DNA of 64,000 nt from Haliotis rubra (lineage: Eukaryota): NCBI RefSeq assembly GCF_003918875.1, contig NW_025767088.1, positions 372,001 to 436,000 on the forward strand. Direction: 5' to 3'. Numbering within the stretch: position 1 is the first letter of the stretch; every line of letters begins with the position of its first letter. Positions 50,960 through 63,820 of the stretch are shown here, in pieces. Under the pieces are notes generated by a model that was not told the origin of the DNA, made no database searches, and saw only the letters and a list, made by a program, of their open reading frames with translations. The position numbers were made by a program, and so were the translations under genes.

Positions 50960-51175
50960 AAAATTGATCCTCGGCACCCCATGCTTGTCGTAAGAGGCGA
51001 CTAACAGGATAGGGTGGTCAGGCTCGTGGACTTGGTTGATGTTTGCCATCATATATCCCAGTTGTGTTGATCAATACTTATGCAAACAATCACTGGATTG
51101 TCTGGTCCAGATTCGATTATTTACAGATCACAGCCATATAGCTAGACTATTGCTAAATGTGGCATTAACCACAAC
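50960..51175 (+). mobile_element. SINE family B, diverged
   Basis: Hairpin, body and tail match just downstream of BNIP3 exon 2. Confidence 0.78.
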
Positions 51176-51307
51176 AACACTGCAACAACAGCAACCACAC
51201 ACTTTAAACAACAGCTAAATATGGTCATGTGGTCATTCTTAAATATGACTTGTCAGCTTTAGGTCAAATCATTATATGCGAATTATGTATTTTTCTTGGC
51301 TTGTATT

Positions 51308-51557
51308 ACCCGTGAAGGTCTGGGTTAGAATATTGATCTTCAGTAACCCATGCTTGTCATAAGAGGCGACTAAAAGGATCCGGTGATCAGGCTCGCTGAC
51401 TTGGTTGACACATGTCATCAGTTCCCAATTGCGCAGATCGATGCTCATGCTGTTGATCACTGGATTGTCTGGTCCAGACTTGATTATTTACAGACCACGC
51501 CATATAGCTGGAATATTGCTGAGTGCAGCGTAAAACTAAATTTACTCACTCACTCAC
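51308..51557 (+). mobile_element. SINE family B, full length
   Basis: TSD TCTTGGCTT(G/A)TAT. (CACT)n tail. Confidence 0.9.
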
Positions 51558-51876
51558 TCTTGGCTTATATCTTTTACCTGTGTTCAAGTTGACTTTCCTG
51601 ATCCAACATAATACACCAAAATATGAGATGAGCCACCAAACCCGGCTGCTCACATGTTTGGTGTGTGGCATGCATTATGTGGGATTCAGTGATCTGAATA
51701 TTTTAGCTAACTCACATTTGTATTGTGTCATTGTATTCATACAACAAAAAGGCTATGCAGTCTCCTAATAGAATAACTACCCCTCGATACCCTACACTCC
51801 CCCTTGTGGGGAGGGGCAAGATTGACATTTTTAATCAGAAATACTGTTATCTAAAGTAACGTTATAACTGCAAATA

Positions 51877-52679
51877 CAGTGAAGCCCCCGTTAGTCCGAC
51901 TCCGATAATCCGGATGTCTCAGCCTCGGATGATTTCAGCTTGTTACCAATCTATGCCTATATAATTTGCCTCGATAATCTGAAATTCGCTTTCGAACCGG
52001 ACGGTAAAGTAGCTGTCACCAATCAGTAAAATAAACAGTAAATTGCTTCACAGTCCGACGCTGTAAGTCGTGTTCACGAACCGTAACAACACCTCCGCGA
52101 TGTTTACTTAATTAACTGGCCAACTGGGTTGTTGTTTTAATTAGACATTAAAAGCTCCCGACTGAAGATGCTGTACATTTACACTTTGATTGACACCACA
52201 ATACAAAGGCGTGGATGACAAGTGAGCTGTTTTGTGATTGGTTAATGTACTTTGACAGACAGATGCGGTGACGCGGACTTAAAGTGATTTTGCTTTTACG
52301 ACAATGCTGCAAGTCACAAGTGTGCTTCGCTAACTTTATGCTAATGTGACCAAATACCACGTCCTCATATACAACCAATGGATGCAGGAATAATTCAGAC
52401 ATTCAAGGCATACTACAATATATCGCTTGTTAGACATTACCTCACCTGTGCTGAGGAAGGACGTGATCAGACAAGTCGGATCAACATGGGATGTCACTGC
52501 AAAATTATTGATGTGATGAATTAAGCTTTACATTAAATGCTTATTTGTTTTATCCAGATTCGTGTCGCTTTTGTAATAGTTGGGGAAGCAACTTGGGTCT
52601 TGATTCAGTAGTCCGACTATTCGCAATCCGGACGAATTTACTGAGAAACGCAAACCGTCCGATTAACGAGGCTTCACTG
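51877..52679. mobile_element. Non-autonomous pogo/Tigger-like (Tc1/mariner superfamily) element
   Basis: TA|CAGTGAAGCC...GGCTTCACTG|TA termini with TCCGA/TCCGGA subterminal repeats. Confidence 0.85.
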
Positions 52680-53887
52680 TATAAGAACTAAAATCCAAAT
52701 GGTCAGACCAGGGTTTTACGTAAAACACAGAAATGTGAGTCCAGTGAGCACAAACATCCATAATGGAAGGAGAAAAAATAATGTATATCGCACCCCGAGA
52801 GACACAGAATTATGTTCAATGTTGTACCAAATTCTCAACCAAAACTATGAAGTTTATCTTATAAATGTAATCATTACATTTTGAAGTACACTGCCCTGCA
52901 CTATTTCATTACATTACAAGACCCTCAAATTTCCTGTATGGATAATTGAAATTTGGTTTGGGGGTCCTCGGGACACTCATTTTTGTAGAGCAAGGTAAAA
53001 CCCAGACAGTCCCTAATTAAGCTTCAAATTCCTTAAGAGGAAGCAATCAAGACTTTGCCAAATCAGTGTTGACTTGTGTTGGCAGACCAGGCAATTGCCT
53101 AAATATGTAAACTGTGTAAATTGTTATAAAGGGCAGGGCTTTTCATGTCCACTCAAGAGGTCCAGGCGAACATGCCACAAAGCTGCCACTGTGTCCCATT
53201 AGAGCTATTGTCGGAGCACATGACTATTTCCAGCCTGCTCTAGCTGCATGTCCACAGGAAGACTGACCACTGCCTGACACATTCTTGACCATACAGAGCA
53301 GGGCAATTGATGAATCCCATGAATAAAGAATGAACCTGTGGACATTGTGTCACTCTGACCCAGACCTGACCTTGTGGACATTGCACAGGTGTGCATCATG
53401 TTTGAAATTATTTTTGAGTGATAAAGGGACACCTGATTACCTTTTTCACAGAGTGAAAGATGCTATTTTCAGGTGTTACCATGGTTACTCTTAATCCACC
53501 CAGATGTGGAACATGGGTCATTTTAGTATAGATGATTGTGTAAACGATGTTTATTGGCCATATTTTACAGGATTGGGTTTTTAAAATTATTTTTAAGGGG
53601 GTGGGGTTTGGGAGGAGGGTGGGTGGTTGTAAAATTTAATGAATTGTAACCTATTTTTTAAAAGGTGCGGGATCCATAAAACCTCAAACTCTTAGTGATA
53701 CTACTTGAATGATTTTTATCTTCCTCAGATTTTTCAATTTATCTTCTTGAGACATTTCAATCTGCCATTGTAAAAGAATTATAAAATATGATAAAAGGCA
53801 ACAGCTGTATTGAGAGAGACTTTCACTGACACAAAGGCAGTTTTTGCTTCGTAGCTCAGTGTAAGGTGTTTTTTATCTCACTAAGAT

Positions 53888-54134
53888 TTGGTTTGGTTTG
53901 GTTTACTGTTTTACACAGCACTCAGCAATATTCCAGCTACATGGGGACAGTCTGTAAATAATCAAGTCTGGACCAGACAATCCAGTGATCAACAGCATGA
54001 ACATCAATCTACGCAACTGGGATACAATGACATGTGACAACCAAGTCAGCAAGCCTGACCACCCGACCCCGTTAGTCGCCTCTGACAACAAGCATGGGTT
54101 ACTGAGACCAATTCTAACCCGAATCTTCACAGGT
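53888..54134 (-). mobile_element. SINE family B, full length
   Basis: Flanking TCTCACTAAGA duplication. (CCAAA)n tail. Confidence 0.88.
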
Positions 54135-54330
54135 TCTCTCACTAAGAAATCCACATGCTGTTATCTTTAACGATGACGTAAAACAGATATATTCACCTGC
54201 TCAGAAATTTATATCCTACTCACATAGGATACATAGTCTCTTATCAAGAACCGATCTCAATATTCCGACAGGGAGGTAAAATACATGTTTATAGCCCTCT
54301 CTAACAGGTCGATCAGGACGGTGCACTCAG

Positions 54331-54727
54331 GCTGAAGGAGTCGTTGTCGGCACAGGTACTACAGATACGTACCCCAGGTACGTTTCTGTATACAGACATG
54401 CACCCTAAACAAAGTAAAAATACAGAAACGTACCCGCTATCGTAAAAGGCGGAGGAGTCCATATTCCGCAACCCAAAACCGAAACCGTATGTAGTTGTTC
54501 CCGTTCAACTGATTCCGAGTGGTATTCATATGCATCGCGAAATATCCGTTACTGTGTATACTCATTACTTACATAACGCAATCAAATGTATCTAATACAA
54601 CAGCATGACAGTTCCAATCAAGAATATGACACAATGGGAATGGAATCGTCCTAGGGTACGTTTCTGTATTCCCATTATGGCCAAGGTACATATCTGTAGT
54701 ACCCGTGCCGACAATGACCCCTTCAGC
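54331..54727. mobile_element. MITE with ~43-bp TIRs and 9-bp TSD (Mutator-like)
   Basis: Termini GCTGAAGG.../...CCTTCAGC. Perfect TSD TGCACTCAG (54322-54330, 54728-54736). Confidence 0.88.
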
Positions 54728-56984
54728 TGCACTCAGCCATACTGGCCTGTGGTCAAATAAGTTCAAAGTAAAATATTGATGTTTTTATTTCTGCCTGATT
54801 GACCCAAAGCATGGACACAATAGATGCAGCTGGACAGAACTATTTTGGAAACTGCTTCAAAGCAGTTAAGCTAGCCATCACCACAAATTAGTGTCCCTTG
54901 ATGTAGATCTGCTCATGACCTTTTGTAAAGGTCACGTCCTGCTTGTGAAAGTAGAGGATATTAGGACTTTGAACTGTGGAAATGCCAAGTGTTTAGACAT
55001 GACAACATTGAAGAGTGGCATAGGTTCAGAGTGTAAGTGTAGGACACAGATCATGTTGGTGACATTTCAAGATGCTCTCATCTGTTCTCTGAGTTTTTAT
55101 TAAAACAGAAATTATCATCTTCTTATGTAAACTTAAAAAAATTGGTTTATCGATGTGACTTTTCGAATTCAATGGGAATTTCTGTCGGATTCTTGTTTTT
55201 CCTGTGTTTTGGCTGAATTATCAGAGAAGTACAAGATTCTGCTAGGCCAGTGAGCATGAAGTAGGAAAGATTTTTAATTTGGTAGACTTGGCAGAATTTT
55301 CCCGTCTAGGCAGCCTTGAATAAATCCCTGACTCCATAAAAACATTTTGACATGTTTCAATGACTGTAGGTCTGATATTCAGATTGAATGGAGATAGACA
55401 TGGATAACTAATTAATAGATCACCGACTCACAGTAATATGTGAATGAGATAAGGGCAGCAGCTGCTGTCAGGCTTGGCTGCCAAGGCTCCATACAGGGTT
55501 CTGATCACAGCAGACGCCATATTGGCCAGACCTTGGAGGGGATTTTGTCAAAAAGTCCCTTGTAATCTAAAACCTGGGTTATAGAAATCTCAACAATTTC
55601 AAAGTAGTATTAAAAATATTCCATTCATTTGAAATGGAAAGAAATTATGAACAATGTTTACTTGCTGTGGACCTGAAACCAAGTAGTTGCAGTTGTGAAT
55701 GCACAACAGTAACTAGGAATGCTCCACAGCCGATAGGAATGCACAACAACACCCAAGGAATACACAGCAGCCTCTAAGAATGCACAGACATACGGATCAA
55801 TGATCAGACCACATCATCAACAATAAAATGCACATGCAAGTGCAATAAATTAATGTCCCATGTATTCATGTTGTACTACACAACTTGTCCTGGCCACAGA
55901 AATAAATATATCACCATTGTAAGCCCGGGCTTCCTCATACGATGTACTGAGACACACTGTGTGAGATGTTCTGCCACCATGTTGTTTTCTGTCCTTGATG
56001 CTGACAACAGGCATGTGTCTATCAGTGCACCATCTGGGAATATCGCCAGACCTTCACTGCACAACTTTAATATACTATTCACACTTTGCTAAGGTACAAA
56101 TCTTGGATTCTACAGAAAACAATGATGTGGGGTTAAATTTGGTATAAGTATCTAAGCTTATTGTAAAAGTGGATCCCAGGTTTCAGTATGTCATTGCATC
56201 TTGTGGATCCCATACCTGTTGTTGACAGGTGTTGTGTACTTGTCAATGACTCGTTCCATTATCTGCAAAATGGTTGATTGGTGCCATGAAATCCATTTTT
56301 ATGGTTACTCATGTATCAAGTACATACAGACAGATTAAAGTGGCAGTTTGCCTAAACAGGTGTTACCATATCATTATTTATCCAGTTTTAAATGGATACA
56401 ATTTCAAATTATAAGTCTATGTTTAAGTAAAGTTGTGAATTTGTGTGATCCTTAGCAAAGTGTGAGAAGTATAGTTTAGTTTGGTAAAGTATCTATGTAT
56501 GATAAGAGCATTTATAGTTAGTAGCTTCACGTCTCCTGCAGCAGCTATCTAGAAATACATCTTTAAGTTTTTATATAAATGATATATTCCTTTCAAACCT
56601 TGAGTGTTTAGTGAAAGGAGTGTTGCCATGGTTATTTCCATTCAGAATGAAACACTCTATTAATTTTCCACTTGTTGAGCTCGCCAATCAACAGTAATGA
56701 GGGAATTTGGTAAATTATATTCTTAGTTGGTGGGATGCATATGTTGTTTTGCATCCTCTGTAATTGAAAATGGTTTCCTGACTGTCCGACAATCTTGTAA
56801 TGGGCGATGAGAACGTTAACGTTACTATACATCAGACAACGAATATATATGTAATTATCATCATTGGTAGCAAGACCCATCTGATTCTATTTTAATTAAA
56901 ATGTAACACCTTGAGCATGCCCAAGTGCAAGGAAACTGACGCTTTATCAATAGCCATTATTAGTTTTTTTTTATCTTGATCAGG

Positions 56985-57378
56985 TGTGGCTGGGTAGCCT
57001 AGTGGTTAAAGTGTTCACTCATCACACCAAAGGCCTGGGTTTGATTCCCACATGGGTACAATGTGTGAGGCCCATTTCTGGTGTCCCCTGCTGTGATATT
57101 GCTGGAATATTGCTAAAAGCAGAGTCTGTCTTATATTTAAATAAAACAGTAGTTCACATTCCATTTTCCTCCTGTTCTCAGCTCAAGCAACTTACTCATC
57201 CATTTTTCAGCTCTTTGTTATAAGTGATTCTCTAGCGTTCTCTTGTCGCGCCAAAGACCCGGGTTCGATTCCCCACATGTGTACAGTGTGTGAAGCCCAT
57301 TTCTGATGTCTCCTGCGGTGATATTGTTGGAATATTGCTAAAAGCGGCGTAAAACTCACTCACTCACTCACTCACTCA
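56985..57378 (+). mobile_element. Two SINE family A copies (56985-57120, 57233-57378)
   Basis: Family A consensus. The first copy has lost essentially all head CpGs. Confidence 0.82.
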
Positions 57379-57894
57379 TTTGTTATCAGAAACTACTGTT
57401 TGTTCCATAACATTCAAATATTTGTTTGTGGAAGTATACTAGTTTGACTTTATGAGATAAGAGATAAGATCTTATCCATTGCATAGCATTCCATGAAGGA
57501 ACATTGGCAATATTGTATAAATTACAAATATAAACAATGTGCAAAGATTTTTATATAAGTATAATTTCTTACCATGAGTTATCTCTAAAAAAAGATACGA
57601 TATGTGAGCCTACTGTGGCAGTATGACGGCTGTGATGGATGGATGTCCGGAAGCATGAGAGGAGCCGAGAGAATACATCAGGTCATTGACAGGTCAATGG
57701 ACACATAGTTCTCATACTGGTCTGATGAGGTCACTCCCAACCTGTCTTTGTCCAAACCCCTACCTATATATACACATGTAACCAATGCAGATGAATCACT
57801 GTATCATCACAGGGACTAGTTAATGAAATAAGTGCTTTCATTTCATGACTCACCTGTGTAATTATCATACCCCCATCAGGATTCTATGTTAGAT

Positions 57895-58117
57895 TAGAAT
57901 TGATCTTCAGTAACCCATGCTTGTCGTAAGAGGCAACTAACAGGATCGGATGGTCTGGCTCGCTGACTTGGTTGACACATGTCATCAGTTCCCAGATGCG
58001 TAGATCGATACTCATGCTGTTGATCACTGGATTTTCTGGTCCAGGTTCGATTTACAGACCGCCACCATATAGCTGGAATATTGCTGAGTGTGGCGTTGAA
58101 CAACCAACCAACCAACC
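57895..58117 (+). mobile_element. SINE family B
   Basis: Body and (CAAC)n tail. Confidence 0.85.
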
Positions 58118-58156
58118 ATGTTGACCTTGTTCCCAGCAACCTGCTGGTAGTAAGTG

Positions 58157-58487
58157 GAGTGAGTGAGTATATGTTACTTCTCTGTTAGCAATATCCCAGC
58201 AATATTATGGTGGAGTAACAGAATATGGGCTTCATAAATTGTACCCATGTGGGGAATAGAACCCAGGTCTTCCGCTTGATGAGCGAACACTTTAACCACT
58301 TGGCTACCCACTGCCCTGGTTGTAAGTGAGTGAGTGAGTATGGTTTTTACGCCATTTTTGGCAATATTCAAGCAATATCACTGCGGAGGACACCAGAAAT
58401 GGGCTTCACACATTGTACCCATGTGGGGATAGAGCTCGAGTCTTCTGCTTGACGAGCAAGGTCTTTAACCACTAGGCTACCCACTGT
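58157..58487 (-). mobile_element. Two tandem SINE family A copies
   Basis: Two head-to-tail matches (58157-58316, 58325-58487). Confidence 0.82.
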
Positions 58488-59442
58488 GCTAGTAGTGAGG
58501 TTAAGCTAAATACATTGGGTTCAGGAGAATGATGATGTCATACTCTGGCAGTGTGGGTCTTTCAAAACTTTAATCACTGCATTGTCTGGTCCAGACTTAA
58601 CCATTTTCATGCCAGTACCATATAGCTGCAATAGTACCATGAGCTGCATTAGCCAGCAAATATCAAGGTTTTATAACAACAGGTCTCTTACTATGTCAAT
58701 GAATTAAGACATTCCAAAGTAACCATGGACCATTGTTGACTGTCCTGCGGACTTTCTGTAAAGAAATTTCTAAATATGCTGCAAGTCGTCTTCCCATAGG
58801 TCAGCGTGACCTTGTTTCTTTCCAACTCAGCTATGCCAGCAGTGTGTGCTAGGAAGGCGACAGATATGTGCTGACTCAGCTAAACAGCCTGCGTATGACA
58901 TTTACAGAAATAATGGGAAAGTAATTGTTTTTCATGTTTATGAAAGATTTTCTTGTCATTTTTTACCATAATTCCAAAACAGCAACTGATTCTTATCAAT
59001 TACAATACATGACTGTTACCAAATACTCAATGTTTAATTCATAAGTCGGATTTGGTATACCTACACCTCGGACATTGTGTTTTCCATATACATGTGGTGT
59101 TCCTGCCTGCATCTGGTGCAAGTAACCATGGCAACTGGGACTGTGAACATGCCTCTTTTCCCCTGGCATGAGGACTGTACTGGAAGTGCAGCCTCTTGCA
59201 TGACCTGCTGTTGGGACACACTGCACCTCATGTGGATATTTACCAGGGCCAAACAGAACATGTGCAGTGATGAAGGCAGCAGTCAATTTATGAAACATTA
59301 ACAGAAAATAATAGCACAATTTATTATTATTTGCTTTTGAAGTATTTCATCATACATGTATTCTATTCAAAAGTGTACGTTGTCATGATAGCTTTGTACA
59401 TTTTACTGTGCAGAGTTACCTCCCTTGGGCATGCAGGCAATC

Positions 59443-59840
59443 TGAGTGAGTGAGTGAGTTGGGTTTTATGCCACTTTTTGTAGTATCACAGCTAGTGGAT
59501 AGCTGAAATTGGCTTCAATGTATGCATGTGGGGAATTTTAACCAGATCTTTGGTGTGATGAGTGGGTGCTTTATCCACTTGGTGGGTACAATGTGTGAAG
59601 CCCATTTCTGGTGTCCCCCGCCAAATATTGGTGGAATATTGCTAAACGCAGCGTAAAACCATACTCACTCACTCAATTATCCACTTGTCTACCCCATCAC
59701 TCGCTTTTAGCAATATTCCAGCAACGTCACGGCGGGGGACACCAGAAATGGGCTTCACACATTGTACCCATGTGGGGAATCGAACCCGGGTATTTGGCAT
59801 GACGAGCGAACACTTCAACCACTAGGCTACCCCACCGCCC
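59443..59840. mobile_element. Nested cluster of three SINE family A pieces (-, +, -)
   Basis: Degenerate - copy 59443-59580, truncated + copy 59583-59673, near-intact - copy 59701-59840. Confidence 0.78.
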
Positions 59841-59909
59841 CTAGGACACCTGAAGCCTAAGTTACCCTGGTTATGTGGTTGCTGTGTTGGTGGGTTTCAA
59901 GGACGTGCC

Positions 59910-60077
59910 CAGGGGCGGATACAGCTTTTTTAGTAAAAGGGGTGGGGGTTGTGCATACTATTGAGAAAAGGGAGGGTGACATTTCATTTTCACGCGAGTT
60001 TCAATGGTCATTTAATGAACTTTCAGGACAAAAGGGGGATGCGCACCCCTGCACCCCCCTTCTGGGTCCGCCTATTG
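59910..60077 (+). mobile_element. Short GC-terminal MITE-like repeat (CAGGGGCGGAT...TCCGCC); related copy ~30751-30895
   Basis: Two similar segments with inverted GGCGGA/TCCGCC ends. No clear TSD. Confidence 0.55.
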
Positions 60078-60795
60078 TGCTAGTCCTAAACCTGCACCAC
60101 TTCAGTACAGCGCTGTATTTGTGTACAATTGTTCCTCAGGAGCCAATTCTGACAGAGGCCACTAATGAGAAAGGATTAGGTCAGAGACCTGGTTGATGGA
60201 TTTCATTATATCCCAATTGCATAGATCGATGCCAATGATGTCGGTCACGGTTGGTCTCATCCTAGACTAACAACTAGTCTCTGAAATGGACATATTTTAC
60301 AGAAACAAAGTACATAGTAAAAAACAAAATAAAATATGATGAAAAGGAGCCCTGAGACTTTCTTCATTCCTGAAACTGTGGAAATCTAATCTTGCCACAT
60401 TTTCTAGACTTGCGTGGGCTTTCTTGGATATATTTGCTTCAGGGTCTGTATGACTGATTAGTCTCATCCAGACGTGATATTTTATTTTTCACAAACTTGT
60501 AGAGGGTGTTGAATCCTTGTCTGACATGTGTATAGGTACAGTCGGCCTTCTAGAAACCTCTCAACCAATGTAGTCTATCCCAGTATCAATAAACAAAGGG
60601 GAATAACTCAAGTACTCTGGTTGATGCATACCATCAATAAAAACCTAGAAACAACACTACACATTTCACTAGACATTTCAATATGCTGCCACTAAAAATC
60701 ATCAGAAATAAACTTATATACTGAAACATATCAAGAACATTAAACTAAACCCATTCTTTATATCATGAAGCTAAAATTGTTTTTCTACTTTTCAG

Positions 60796-60856
60796 CCCCA
60801 AAAGCCCACACAGTCCCAACTCAGAATGGGCCGCGTCAGACTGGAGATCCAGAACT
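60796..60856 (+). CDS. BNIP3: BNIP3/NIX-like, coding exon 3 (SPKSPHSPNSEWAASDWRSRT); gene continues beyond window
   Basis: Strong acceptor ttttctacttttcag and donor |gtaagt. Phase 2 matches exon 2. Ser/Pro-rich segment as in BNIP3 downstream of the MEKILL motif. Confidence 0.8.
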
Positions 60857-61008
60857 GTAAGTATAAGTCAGCATCAACCCCTACACACACACTATAAGTT
60901 GCAGAATTATTATTGGCTTTTCAGTGGCAACAAGTTTGACTTAGCCTGAAATTGGTGGTAGTGCTCTTTTCCGGAGCTGAACTCTAAAACCGTTCATTTT
61001 TATTATAA

Positions 61009-61187
61009 CAGGATCAGGGTGGTCAGGCTTGCAGACTTGGTTGACACGTGTCATCATATCCCAGCTAATTGAGGCTCATTATGTTTGTTGATCACTGGAT
61101 TGTCTGGTCTGGACTTGATTATTTACAGACCGCCGCCGCCATATAGCTGAAATATTGCTGAGTGTGACGTCAAACAACCAACCAACC
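61009..61187 (+). mobile_element. SINE family B, 5'-truncated
   Basis: Body and (CAAC)n tail. Confidence 0.8.
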
Positions 61188-61789
61188 AGTGCAATTGACT
61201 TCACTTACTCCTGTTGCTTCCTGACATAGAATCAACCAATTCTCTTGATTTCTCCTTAACTGATTATACAACAAGGAATATATTTTTCACCTAGATACAG
61301 TAGAGGTATTGACATACCACTCCTGGATAAGTTGTAACTCACTGCTGTCTGTTACTCGTCACGACCCTGTAGCAGGTCACTGTTAACGATACCACCTTCG
61401 TACATGCTTTGTCTTCACCTTCTATCCTCCAACTTCCTCATTTCCGTATTTTGACAAGCATTTTTCCATCAACAAGGAAAGCTGGATACAAGAATCTGTA
61501 AGCTCTATAAATAGGAACTGTTAGTTCAAATGACTTGGCAACTCTTTCTTATGATGTTGTTTGTTAACACAAGCTCAGCCTAATCTTTGACAAATATTTT
61601 GAGTCGATGGCGCCAAGTGTTGTTGTGAACATGGTGAAGCGGTTGTTTGTTCCTGAACAACCTGGTGGCATGGAACAGTGCTGCATGCCGTGTTGTAGCA
61701 TTCCAACATGGTTGACATTGTTGTCGTGTTGTTATGTTGTCAGTGTCAGAGAAGTCTGGGTCATATTGCCAGGGTGACCACTCTGTATT

Positions 61790-62470
61790 AACTGACTGTG
61801 TGTTAAATGTCTAGTGATTGACTACAGTGTGTTACAATAGACTACAGTGTCCTGTGACTGTCTGTAGTGTGACATTATACAGTTGACTACAGTGTCCTAT
61901 GATTGACTACAGTGTGTTACAATTTACTACAGTGTCCTATGATTGGCTACAGTGTCCTATGACTGGCTACAGTGTCTTACAATTGACTACAGTGTCCTGT
62001 GATTGACTGTAGTGTGTTACAGTTGACTACAGTGTCCTGTGATTGACTACAGTGTGTTACAATTGACTACAGTGTCCTGTGATTGGCTACAGTGTCCTGT
62101 GATTGGCTAGGGCATGTTACAATTAACTACAGTGTCCTATGATTGGCTATAGTGTCCTATGACTGGCTACAGTCTCTTACAATTGACTACAGTGTCCTGT
62201 GATTGGCTACACTGTGTTACAATTGACTACAGTGTCCTGTGATTGGCTAGGGCATGTTACAATTAACTACAGTGTCCTATGATTGGCTACAGTGTCCTAT
62301 GACTGGCTACAGTCTCTTACAATTGACTACAGTGTCCTGTGATTGGCTACACTGTGTTACAATTGACTACAGTGTCCTGTGATTGGCCAGGGCATGTTTC
62401 AATTAACTACAGTGTCCTCAGTGATTGGCTACAGTGTCCTATGATTGGCTACAGTGTGTTACAATTGAGA
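61790..62470. repeat. 20-bp minisatellite (GACTACAGTGTCCTGTGATT) with 140-bp higher-order period
   Basis: The variant GGCATGTT recurs at 62111, 62251 and 62391. Confidence 0.93.
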
Positions 62471-62816
62471 AATCTCATGCCTGACTAAGGTGTCTTATGA
62501 CTGTCTTCAGAATGGTACAGTGATCACAGTCTGATTATTTTCCATGGTATCTCATGATTGACTAGGGCGTCTTTTGATATGGCTCCAGCCCTTTGTGATC
62601 CATTTTCAGCTCAAGGTTGAAGCCTTCACTCATACCATTCGGTTTAAACAATATTTATTTCCTTTGATGACATATGTATACATTTACACATAACCAGGTT
62701 TTAGGGATTGGCAAACAGGCAAAATTGCCTATATTAATGCCTCTCCCCACATAATACGGAGCATATATACACAGATGTCACTCATTAATCAGAGGAAAAC
62801 AAAACACACATCTACA

Positions 62817-63040
62817 TTAATAATCCGCTTATGTGGCGCTCATATGCAGGCACATTGCCTGCTCACGACGCTATGTACATTACTATCCCCAGTCATAGGA
62901 CACTTTCATACTTTCCAAATTTTTTTAACTCCCTGGGAAGCATACAGCCATGCTGCCTGTTAGGCACAATGAACTAAGCACTCACATTCCCAGCACATGC
63001 TCACGGGTACCCATTTTACAGCTTGGTGAACTGAGACACA
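62817..63040 (-). mobile_element. CORE-like SINE fragment with L2-like tail (family D)
   Basis: The - strand reads CTCAGTTCACCAAGCTGTAAAATGGGTACC (CORE-like), then GCTTCCCAGGGAGTT and AGCG..GAGC...GCGCCACATAAG. Confidence 0.6.
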
Positions 63041-63173
63041 TGTCATCATATCCCAATTGCGTAGATCGATGCTCAGACTGTTGATCACTGGATTTTCTGG
63101 TTCAGACTCAATTATTTACAGACCATAGCCATATAGCTGGAATATTGCTGAGTGGTGTTAAACAACAAACAAA
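63035..63173 (+). mobile_element. SINE family B, 5'-truncated
   Basis: Body and tail match. Confidence 0.8.
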
Positions 63174-63559
63174 CCCTTGGTTCAAACACTAAAGAAATAA
63201 ACCCAAACTCCCCAGAACCCCTCGATTTGAAGACTCTTTATACAGACCAGTTGCTGTTAAAACCATGACATCTACTATGTCCACAGTACCTTGGCATCAT
63301 TTTTGTCTCAGAACTGAGCTTGTAATGATCCAATGGGACTGACGGGGCTGCTTTGTTAGACAAGACAGTGCTTGCCTCAGCTGTTACTTGGATGCATCAG
63401 ATGTCGCAGTCAGATGTGTCCTTGTCAGCAGGAATCCAGTAGATTGTGCACATCCTGTGTATGATTTACTGCTCATAGGACTGACTGGGAAGTAGATCCT
63501 GATAGTCTCACTTAAACACACAACAGCTTGCAGAGAATTTCATTAAATATTATCAAACA

Positions 63560-63820
63560 CATCCCATACTCATTCCCTTTCTCAGTTCTAGCAATCTATA
63601 CTTTTCCCCTTTTCTGCTTTAGGAGCCTATACTCATCACCTTTCTCAACTCCAAGCAGTCTATACTCATCCCCTTTTTAACTCCAAGCAGTCTATACTCA
63701 TCCCTTTCTCAGCTCAAGAATCCTATACTCATCCCTTTAGCAGCCTAAATGAACCCCCTTTCAGTTCTAGCTGCTGATTCTGACCCCTTTTCAACCCTTG
63801 AAGCCTAAACTCCCTAATCA
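63560..63820. repeat. Degenerate ~31-bp tandem repeat (CTATACTCATCCCTTTCTCAACTCCAAGCAG)
   Basis: Several imperfect units. Confidence 0.75.
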
